Assembly: GCA_041913885.1 (NCBI GenBank)
Contig: JAYSEL010000003.1
Location: 146,602 to 210,601, forward strand
Origin: Thermomonas sp.
GTDB taxonomy: Bacteria; Pseudomonadota; Gammaproteobacteria; Xanthomonadales; Xanthomonadaceae
Direction: 5' to 3'
DNA length: 64,000 nt
Below, in pieces: positions 30,159-39,094 of the stretch. Position 1 is the stretch's first letter. Every line of letters begins with the position of its first letter. Position numbers and translations under genes: made by a program. The notes under the pieces were generated by a model, which ran no database searches, was not told where the DNA came from, and saw nothing but the letters and a program-made list of their open reading frames with translations.

Positions 30159-31205
30159 CTAGCGGGAGTGCAGGACGATGCGGTCCGCGCCGGCCTCGGC
30201 ACGGACCGGGAAACCGGCCTCGAGCAGGCGCACGAAGCCTTCTTCGTTGTCCCAGCGGAAGCTGCCGCCTACCCGCAGCGCCCCGGCCTCCGCATCGGCC
30301 ACCACCAGCTTGCGCGCGTTGTAGCGGTTGAACTCCGCGGCGACCTCGGACAGCGGCGCGTCGCGGAACGCCAGCAGCCCCTCGCGCCAGTCCAGCAGGC
30401 GTTGGGCGTCGGCCAGCGGCAGGCTGCGGACCAGCAGGGCGCCTCCGCGCACCAGCGCCACGCTGCCCGCGGGCAGCAGTACCGATGGCGTGGCGCCGGC
30501 GGTACTGGACGGTGTTTCCAGCCGGACGGTGCCCTCGGTCACCACCACCCGCAGGTCACGGTCGTCCCGGCGCACCGAAAAGCGCGTGCCCACCGCGACC
30601 GCGCGGTAGCCCTCCGCGGCGACCGCGAAGGGACGGCGCGGATCCTTGGCGACGTCGAAGATGGCCTCGCCGGACGTCAGCGCCACGTCGCGCGCGCGCG
30701 ATGACAGGCGGACATCGATGCCGCTGGCGCTGGCCAGGGTGGCGCGCGAGCCGTCGGCCAGCGGCAGGGTGCGGACCTCGCCCAGCGCGGTCCGGTAGTG
30801 GCTGGCCTCCACCGGTGCCTGTTGGCGCCAGCCCCAGGCCGCGGCCAAGGCACAGGCAGCCACGACCGCGGCGGCGGCAAGTTGGTGGCGCCACTGCCGC
30901 GGTGCGCGTGCGGCGCGCACGCGCCGTGGCACCGCCTGCAACATCTGCTCGCGGCGGTCCGCCGGGGAGGCCTGCCAATGCCCGCGCGGCGGCGGGCCCT
31001 CGCCGCGCCAGCCGGCACCCAGCGCCTGCAGCCGGCCGCTCTCCTGCCACGCCGCTTCCAGGCGCAGGAAGGCCACGCGATGCGCGGTGGAGATCGCCAG
31101 CCACGCCTGCAGCGCTAGCTCGTCGTCCGGCATCCACTGCGCGCCGTCGCGGCGTGCCAGCCAGGCGGCGGCCGCGCGTTCGATGTCCCTGCTGTCGTCG
31201 GCCAT
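30159..31205 (-). CDS. FecR-family anti-sigma transmembrane sensor
   Basis: AAAWLAR..WLA..HR N-terminus, TM, TALGEVRTLPLADGS, GEAIFDVAKDPRRPF, AVGTRFSV, EFNRYN. Confidence 0.93.
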   Translation of the reverse strand: MADDSRDIERAAAAWLARRDGAQWMPDDELALQAWLAISTAHRVAFLRLEAAWQESGRLQALGAGWRGEGPPPRGHWQASPADRREQMLQAVPRRVRAARAPRQWRHQLAAAAVVAACALAAAWGWRQQAPVEASHYRTALGEVRTLPLADGSRATLASASGIDVRLSSRARDVALTSGEAIFDVAKDPRRPFAVAAEGYRAVAVGTRFSVRRDDRDLRVVVTEGTVRLETPSSTAGATPSVLLPAGSVALVRGGALLVRSLPLADAQRLLDWREGLLAFRDAPLSEVAAEFNRYNARKLVVADAEAGALRVGGSFRWDNEEGFVRLLEAGFPVRAEAGADRIVLHSR

Positions 31206-31206
31206 G

Positions 31207-31776
31207 TCAGTCCACCTCCCGCCGCGCGGCGGCGTTGGATGGAACCTTGGGCGCGCCCGTGCGGTCCCCGCTGCTGAACAAAGCGTCGGCGAGCAGGCGC
31301 ATGCCCTTGGCGATGTGCTTTTCCACGGTCTTCTCGCTGATGCCCAGGCGCGACGCCACGTCCTTCTGCGACAGTTCTTCCACCCGCCGCAGCCACACCA
31401 CCTCGCGGCAGCGGTCCGGCAGCCGGTCGAGGGCGTCGGCCAGCCGGCGCAGGGCCTGCCGGCCGCCGCACCAGCGTTCCGGCGAGACGTCATCCACCAA
31501 GACGTGCGAGGGCTCGAAATCACCCATCGGCTCGATCGACACCACCTTGCCGCGGCGCAGGCGGTCGGTCATCAGGTGGCGTGCGCTGGCGAACAGGAAC
31601 GCCTTGGGCTGCGCCGGGCGCGCCTTTGCACCGGCTTCGTAGAGCCGCGCGTAGAGCTCCTGGCGCAGGTCGTGCAGCTCCTCGCGGTGCGGCCAATGGC
31701 GCTGCAGGAAGCGCATCAGCGCCTCCTCGTGGACGAGGATTTCATGGACGAACCAGCGGTCGAGCTCGGTCTGCAT
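31207..31776 (-). CDS. FecI-type ECF RNA polymerase sigma factor
   Basis: Region 2 DLRQE..FLFASARHLMTD; region 4 LPDRCREV..LSQKDVASRLGISEKTVEKHI. Confidence 0.93.
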   Translation of the reverse strand: MQTELDRWFVHEILVHEEALMRFLQRHWPHREELHDLRQELYARLYEAGAKARPAQPKAFLFASARHLMTDRLRRGKVVSIEPMGDFEPSHVLVDDVSPERWCGGRQALRRLADALDRLPDRCREVVWLRRVEELSQKDVASRLGISEKTVEKHIAKGMRLLADALFSSGDRTGAPKVPSNAAARREVD

Positions 31777-31811
31777 CGCCCTACCATAGCGAAACCCACC
31801 GTCGCCGGGCG

Positions 31812-31836
31812 GGGGGGAAACGCGCGTACGTTCGTC
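31812..31836 (+). promoter_or_regulatory. Putative ECF-sigma promoter for the cyanophycinase fusion gene
   Basis: GGGGG-GAAACGCGCGTA-CGTTCGTC, ending 36 nt before ATG 31873. Confidence 0.65.
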
Positions 31837-31872
31837 TAGGGATGTAACCGCGAACGAGAGGGGAAGGGGACG

Positions 31873-33816
31873 ATGAAGCGACGTGCCGGTTGGTCAATGC
31901 TGCTTGCTGCGCTGCTGTCGGCCATGGCGGCAGCGCCTGCGCTGGCGACGGATGTCGGCCACCACGTGCTGGGCGACCTGCAGGCGAAGACGCCGGGCAA
32001 GGTGCAGCCCGGCCTGCTGCTGATGGGTGGCGGCGACCGCAATTTCGACGCGTTGCGCTGGTTCATGCAGCGCGCCGGCAACGGCCACATCGTGGTCTTG
32101 CGCGCCTCGCAGGGCGGCGAGATCGGCGAGGAGTTCTTCCATGAGGTCGGCGGGATCACGTCGGTCGAGACCTTCGTGTTCCACGACCGCGAGGCCGCGA
32201 CCGACCCGAAGATCCTGGCCGCGCTGAAGCGCGCCGACGGCATCTTCATCGGCGGTGGCGACCAGTCGCGCTACGTGCGCTACTGGCGCGGCACCCCGGT
32301 GGCCGAGGCGCTGGACGCGCACGTGAGGGCGGGCAAGCCGCTGGGCGGCACCAGTGCCGGCCTGGCGATGCTGGGCGAATACCTGTACGGCGCGATGGAC
32401 GGCGGCAGCCAGACCAGTCCGCGCGCCCTCGCCGATCCACTCGGCGATGCCAACACCATCGAAAGCGACTTCCTGCACCTCGCGCGCTTGAAAGGCGTCG
32501 TCACCGACACCCACTTCAGCGAACGCGGCCGCCTCGGTCGCCTCGTGGCCTTCGTCGCCAAGGCCGAGCACCTGGCCGGCCGGCCGCTGCTGGGCCTGGG
32601 CGTGGACGAGGATGCGGCGGTGGCGGTGGAAGGCAACGGCACCGCGCGGGTGTACGCGACGGCGCCGGGTGCGGGCGCCACCGTCGTGCGCGGCGGCTTC
32701 GCCCAGGCGCAGGCCGAGGATGCGCCGATGCAGCTGGCGGCCGTGGACACCGTGGTAGCGGGCACCGGGTCGGTCCTGCACCTGCCCGAGGGCCGGGTGG
32801 AGCGTCCGCTGGCCGAGCGCCGCTACGCGGTGCGTGACGGCGTGCTGGTCGCGCTGGACGCGCCCATGCTGGTCCTGCACGGCGGTGCCGGCGTGGAGCC
32901 GGGCGATCTCACCCCGGACGAGGAGGTGGCGGCCAAGCGTGCGCTGGAAGCCGCGCTCCGCGCCGGCCACGCCAAGCTGCAGGCGGGCGCTTCGTCGGTG
33001 GACGCCGTCATCGCCGCGATCACCGTGCTGGAGGACGCGCCGCAGTTCAATGCTGGCCGCGGTGCCGTGTTCACCCACGACGGCCGCAACGAGCTCGACA
33101 CCTCGCTGATGGACGGTGCCACCGGCAAGGCCGGTGCGGCCGCCGGCCTGCACCGCGTGCGCAATCCGATCACGCTGGCGCGCGCGATCATGGACAAGTC
33201 CAACCACGTGATGATGGTCGGCGATGGCGCCGAGATGTTCGCGGAGGAGCAGGGCATCGCGCTGGTGGATCCGGCCTACTTCCGCACCGAGAAGCGCTGG
33301 AAGGCGCTGCAGAAGGCGCTGCAGGACGAGCGCGAGGCACAGGCCTCGAACCAGCCGCTGGTGCTGCCGGGCAAGGCCTACTTCGGCACCGTCGGCGCGC
33401 TGGCGCTGGATGCGCGCGGCCAGCTGGCCGCGGGCACCTCGACCGGCGGCATGACCAACAAGCGTTACGGGCGCGTGGGCGATTCGCCGATCATCGGCGC
33501 CGGCACGTGGGCGGACGCGCGCTGCGCGGTGTCGGGCACGGGCTGGGGCGAGTTCTACATCCGGGCCGCCGCCGCGCACGAGATCTGCGCGCGGGTGCGC
33601 CTGGACGGCCAGCCGCTGGCGAAGGCCGCGGACGGCGTGATCAACCGCGACATTCCCAAGGCCGGCGGCGACGGCGGTGCGATTGCCCTGGGCGCGGACG
33701 GCAGCGTGGCGTTCCCGTTCAACACCGGCGGCATGTACCGCGGCTGGATCGGCGCGGACGGCGTGCCGCACGTGGCGATCTACAAGACCGACGCGCTGGC
33801 CCTGCCCGGCCGCTGA
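31873..33816 (+). CDS. Secreted fusion: cyanophycinase (S51) + isoaspartyl peptidase/L-asparaginase (Ntn hydrolase)
   Basis: Signal peptide; GGGDQ, GTSAG, DTHF..RGRLGRL, GVDED; then HGGAG, FNAGRG, GTVG, STGG..GRVGDSP, TGWGE. Confidence 0.9.
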   Translation: MKRRAGWSMLLAALLSAMAAAPALATDVGHHVLGDLQAKTPGKVQPGLLLMGGGDRNFDALRWFMQRAGNGHIVVLRASQGGEIGEEFFHEVGGITSVETFVFHDREAATDPKILAALKRADGIFIGGGDQSRYVRYWRGTPVAEALDAHVRAGKPLGGTSAGLAMLGEYLYGAMDGGSQTSPRALADPLGDANTIESDFLHLARLKGVVTDTHFSERGRLGRLVAFVAKAEHLAGRPLLGLGVDEDAAVAVEGNGTARVYATAPGAGATVVRGGFAQAQAEDAPMQLAAVDTVVAGTGSVLHLPEGRVERPLAERRYAVRDGVLVALDAPMLVLHGGAGVEPGDLTPDEEVAAKRALEAALRAGHAKLQAGASSVDAVIAAITVLEDAPQFNAGRGAVFTHDGRNELDTSLMDGATGKAGAAAGLHRVRNPITLARAIMDKSNHVMMVGDGAEMFAEEQGIALVDPAYFRTEKRWKALQKALQDEREAQASNQPLVLPGKAYFGTVGALALDARGQLAAGTSTGGMTNKRYGRVGDSPIIGAGTWADARCAVSGTGWGEFYIRAAAAHEICARVRLDGQPLAKAADGVINRDIPKAGGDGGAIALGADGSVAFPFNTGGMYRGWIGADGVPHVAIYKTDALALPGR

Positions 33817-33835
33817 GCGGGGAGCAAAGGGAGCA

Positions 33836-33883
33836 AAGGGGGTCAGGTTCACTTCCGCGTACAGAAGTGAACCTGACCCCCTT
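33836..33883. repeat. Perfect 20-bp inverted repeat (REP-like or bidirectional terminator)
   Basis: AAGGGGGTCAGGTTCACTTC-8 nt-GAAGTGAACCTGACCCCCTT, preceded by tandem GGGAGCAAA x2. Confidence 0.75.
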
Positions 33884-33894
33884 GCACAGTCGTC

Positions 33895-34872
33895 TCAGCG
33901 CTCGGAGTGCCCGCTCTCGTCGTAGCCGCGCGGCGCCAGCAGGTTGGGCTTGATCAAGTCTGCGAAGGCGCGGGCCTGCGGTGACAGGAACTTGCCCTTG
34001 CGCATCACGATCCCGTAGCTGCGGGCGGGGAACCAGCGCGCCAGCGAGCGCGCGGCCAGCCGCTGGCGGTCGGCGTCGGTCAGGCAGATGGCGGTCACGA
34101 TGCTGATGCCGAGGCCCATCGCCACGTACTGCTTGATAACCTCCCATCCACCCACCTCCAGCGCCACGGTGTACGGCACGCGGTTCTGCTGGAACACCAG
34201 GTCCACCAGCCGGTAGGTGGTCAGGCGCTTGGGCGGCAGGATCAGCCCGTAGGGCGACAGGTCTTCCAGCGCCAGCTCGCGCTTGCCGGCCAGCGGGTGG
34301 TCCGGCGGGGTGATCAGCATCGGGTCGAAGCGGTAGGCGGGCGCGTAGGCCAGGTCGGCCGGCACGTCCAGCATCGAGCCCACCGCCAGGTCCACGGCGT
34401 CGCTGCGCAGCAGGTCCAGCCCGCCGGCACCGGTGACGTTGTGCAGGGTCAGCCGCACGTCCGGGTAGCGCTGGCGGAATGCCTCCACGATCCCGGGCAG
34501 CAAATAGAGGATGGTGGAACTACCCGCGGCCACATGCAGCTCGCCGGCGTCCAGCCCGCGCACCCGCTCGCGGAAATCGGCGGCCAGGCCGTCCAGCCCC
34601 TCCACCAGCGGCCTCGCCATCTCGTACAGCAATTCCCCCTCGCGGGTGGGCACCAAGCGTCGGCCGCTGCGCTCCAGCAGGCGCACCCCCAGTTCGCGCT
34701 CCAGCGCCTGCACCTGCAGGGTCACCGCCGGCTGGCTGAGGTAGAGCGCCTCGGCAGCGCGCGACACCGAGCCCAGCCGCGCCACCTGGCAGAACGCCCG
34801 CAGGGGCTTCAGGCGGGAGCCCTTGTAGGCGAAGCGCACGGCGGTGGCAGGGCGTTTCGCCAAGGAGTTCAC
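33895..34872 (-). CDS. LysR-family regulator divergent from aceBA
   Basis: GSVSRAAEALYLSQPAVTLQVQALE HTH; LysR substrate-binding domain; GTG start uncertain. Confidence 0.93.
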   Translation of the reverse strand: MNSLAKRPATAVRFAYKGSRLKPLRAFCQVARLGSVSRAAEALYLSQPAVTLQVQALERELGVRLLERSGRRLVPTREGELLYEMARPLVEGLDGLAADFRERVRGLDAGELHVAAGSSTILYLLPGIVEAFRQRYPDVRLTLHNVTGAGGLDLLRSDAVDLAVGSMLDVPADLAYAPAYRFDPMLITPPDHPLAGKRELALEDLSPYGLILPPKRLTTYRLVDLVFQQNRVPYTVALEVGGWEVIKQYVAMGLGISIVTAICLTDADRQRLAARSLARWFPARSYGIVMRKGKFLSPQARAFADLIKPNLLAPRGYDESGHSER

Positions 34873-34876
34873 TTAT

Positions 34877-34922
34877 GTATTTGGAATTCAAATACTAAGC
34901 ATTGACAAATCTGCTTTGTCAA
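34877..34922. promoter_or_regulatory. Two AT-rich palindromic operators in the divergent lysR/aceB promoter
   Basis: GTATTTG-N5-CAAATAC (34877-34895) and TTGACAAA-N5-TTTGTCAA (34902-34922); the second contains TTGACA on both strands. Confidence 0.7.
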
Positions 34923-34974
34923 ATACCAAACGCTAGCGGATGGTGGGCGCCCATCAGGTTCCGAGGAGTCGCCG

Positions 34975-36591
34975 ATGTCCGCCGTGCTGCAAGACCGCCC
35001 CGGGGAGGGCGTGGAAGTCACCCATCGCCTGCCCGGACAGGACGCCCTGCTTCCGCCGGCGGCGCTTGGCTTCCTGGCCGAGCTGCACCGCCGCTTCGAA
35101 GGCGCCCGCCAGGCCCGGCTGGCGGCCCGTCGGGCCCGCCAGCAGGCCTTCGACACCGGCGCGCTGCCGGACTTCCGCCCCGACACCGCCCACCTGCGGG
35201 CCGGCGACTGGACCGTGGCGCCGACTCCGGCCGCGCTGCTGGACCGGCGGGTGGAGATCACCGGTCCGGTCGATCCCAAGATGGTCATCAATGCGCTGAA
35301 CTCGGGCGCCAACTGCTACATGGCCGACTTCGAGGACAGCACCAGCCCCACCTGGGCCAACCTGCTGGCCGGCCAGCAGGCGCTGCGCGCGGCGATCAGC
35401 GGCGCGCTGGTCCACGAGGCTGGCGGCAAGCGCTACGAGCTGCGCCCGCAGGCCGAGCAGGCGGTGCTGATCGTGCGGCCGCGCGGCTGGCACCTGGACG
35501 AGAAGCACGTGCGGGTGGACGGGCAGCGCCTGTCGGCTTCGCTGTTCGATGCCGGCCTGTTCGCCTTCCACAACGCCCATGTGCTGGCCGGGCGCGACCG
35601 CGGCCCCTACCTGTACCTGCCCAAGCTGCAGTCGATGGAGGAGGCCGCGCTGTGGGAGCAGGTGCTCGCCGCCATCGAGGCCGCGTTGGGCCTGCCGCAC
35701 GGCCAGATCAAGGTCACCGTGCTGATCGAGACGTTGCCCGCCGCCTTCGAGATGGACGAGATCCTGCACGCGCTGAAGGACCGCATCGTCGGCCTCAACT
35801 GCGGGCGCTGGGACTACATCTTTTCCTACATCAAGACGCTGCGCCGCCACCGCGACCGCGTGCTGCCCGAGCGCGGGCAGGTGACGATGGTGCAGCCTTT
35901 CCTGCGCGCCTATTCCGAGCTGCTGGTGCGCACCTGCCACCGCCGCGGCGCGCATGCGATGGGCGGCATGGCGGCGCAGATCCCGATCCGCGAGGACGCC
36001 GCCGCCAACGCGCGGGCACTGGAACGCGTGCGCACCGACAAGCTGCGCGAAGTCGGCGCCGGCCACGACGGCACCTGGGTGGCGCATCCGGCGCTGATCC
36101 CGATCGCCCGCGAAGTGTTCGATGCGCGCATGCCCGGCCCGCACCAACGCCAGGTGGCGCGCGACGACGTGCACGTCGAGGCCGAGGACCTGCTGCGGCC
36201 GTCGCTGGGCACCATCACCCGCGCCGGCTTCGAGGGCAACGTCGAGGTCTGCGTGCGCTACCTCGCCGCCTGGCTCGATGGCAACGGCTGCGTGCCCATC
36301 CACCACCTGATGGAGGACGCCGCCACCGCCGAGATCGCCCGCGCCCAGCTGTGGCAGTGGCTGCACTACGCCGACGACGGCGGCGAGCCGCTGGCGCTGG
36401 ACGACGGCACGCCGGTCGACTTCGCCCTGCTCGAGCGCGCCCTGATCGGCCTGCCCAGCCGGCTGGGCGATCCCGGCCGGGTCCCCGGCGCGGCCCGCGT
36501 GGCCGAGGCCATCGGGATGCTGGACCGGCTCACCCACGCCGACGAACTCGCCGAGTTCCTGACCCTGCCGGCGTACGAACGCATCGACTGA
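34975..36591 (+). CDS. aceB: Malate synthase A
   Basis: [41 protein letters not shown]. Confidence 0.97.
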   Translation: MSAVLQDRPGEGVEVTHRLPGQDALLPPAALGFLAELHRRFEGARQARLAARRARQQAFDTGALPDFRPDTAHLRAGDWTVAPTPAALLDRRVEITGPVDPKMVINALNSGANCYMADFEDSTSPTWANLLAGQQALRAAISGALVHEAGGKRYELRPQAEQAVLIVRPRGWHLDEKHVRVDGQRLSASLFDAGLFAFHNAHVLAGRDRGPYLYLPKLQSMEEAALWEQVLAAIEAALGLPHGQIKVTVLIETLPAAFEMDEILHALKDRIVGLNCGRWDYIFSYIKTLRRHRDRVLPERGQVTMVQPFLRAYSELLVRTCHRRGAHAMGGMAAQIPIREDAAANARALERVRTDKLREVGAGHDGTWVAHPALIPIAREVFDARMPGPHQRQVARDDVHVEAEDLLRPSLGTITRAGFEGNVEVCVRYLAAWLDGNGCVPIHHLMEDAATAEIARAQLWQWLHYADDGGEPLALDDGTPVDFALLERALIGLPSRLGDPGRVPGAARVAEAIGMLDRLTHADELAEFLTLPAYERID

Positions 36592-36650
36592 CCCGTCGTG
36601 CGCCGCCCCGCCATCCCTCATCGCTGCCGCCACTCCCACGAGGTGTCCCC

Positions 36651-37952
<1,302 letters not shown>

Positions 37953-38097
37953 GGGCCTGCGACCTCGCCCGGCAGGGGCGTCCCGGGGGCGCGGGGCGCC
38001 CGGCCACGGGGGGCTCCCCGGGCGGCCGGCGATGGTATCCTCCGGTTGCAAACGGGGGTTGGAGCGGGACAGGGGACAGGTGGCCGCCTTGGCGCAC

Positions 38098-39087
38098 ATG
38101 CAGGATGCCCACGCGAACGGGGATGCCAGCGCTTCCGCGCTGCACCCCGACGAGTACGCGCTGTTCGCCCGGGTCGCCACGCCGCGTCCGGTCGAGGCCG
38201 GGCAGCGCCTGTTCCGTCGCGGCGATGCCGGCGCGGTCATGTACGTCGTGGCCGGCGGTGCCGTGCACCTCGATTTCGGCGATGACCTGGTCGGCAAGCG
38301 GCTGGGGCCGCGCGCCTTCTTCGGCGAATTGGGCCTGCTGATCGGCGACCACGCGCGCAGCGCGGATGCCGTCGTGGCCGAAGCCGGCGAACTGCTGGAG
38401 CTGGGGCGCGAGGAATTCGAGGCCCTGGCGCGGCAGGACCCGGTGCTGCTGGCCCAGTTCCTGCGCCGCGCGATCATGCGCGTGGTGCTCAACGAACAGG
38501 CCCTCATCGCGCGCCTGCGCCGGCGCAACAAGGAACTGGAGGAAGCGCTGGAAGCCCTGCGCTCCACCACCCACCGGCTGGACCAGACCGAAGCGCTCAC
38601 CCGCACCGACGAGCTCACCGGCCTCACCAACCGGCGCGGCTTCGCGGCGCACATCGAGCAGCGCTACGCGGGCGGGGGCCTGGAAGGGCACACCCTGATC
38701 CTGGTGGACTGCGACCGCTTCAAGTCCATCAACGACACCTACGGCCACTTGGCGGGCGACCGCGTGCTGCAGAGCGTCGCCAATCTGCTGCGGGCGGTCG
38801 CCGGCGCGGACGACATCGTCTGCCGGATGGGCGGCGACGAATTCTGCCTGCTGCTGCGCGGCCACACCCGCGACGAGGCCGAACGCATCGCTGGCTATGT
38901 CTCCGATAGCGCCCGGATGCTGGAGCGCATGCGCAACCGGCCGCCGCAGATGACCACCCTCAGCATCGGCGCCTGCATGATCGACCATGCGCCCGAAGGC
39001 GGCTGGGACCACTGGTACGCACAAGCGGACGATGCGCTTTACCGGGCCAAGCGCCAGGGCGGCGACCGCGTCGAGTGGATCGGCTGA
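38098..39087 (+). CDS. cNMP-binding domain diguanylate cyclase
   Basis: FFGELGLL..RSA phosphate-binding cassette, coiled coil, DELTGL, GGDEF; no RxxD I-site; alternative GTG 38080. Confidence 0.92.
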   Translation: MQDAHANGDASASALHPDEYALFARVATPRPVEAGQRLFRRGDAGAVMYVVAGGAVHLDFGDDLVGKRLGPRAFFGELGLLIGDHARSADAVVAEAGELLELGREEFEALARQDPVLLAQFLRRAIMRVVLNEQALIARLRRRNKELEEALEALRSTTHRLDQTEALTRTDELTGLTNRRGFAAHIEQRYAGGGLEGHTLILVDCDRFKSINDTYGHLAGDRVLQSVANLLRAVAGADDIVCRMGGDEFCLLLRGHTRDEAERIAGYVSDSARMLERMRNRPPQMTTLSIGACMIDHAPEGGWDHWYAQADDALYRAKRQGGDRVEWIG

Positions 39088-39094
39088 CAACGCG

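Noticed and set aside
34902-36650. Apparent 1016-aa N-terminally extended isocitrate lyase
   Set aside because: The extension is an off-frame read-through of aceB; the true start is 36651 with an RBS
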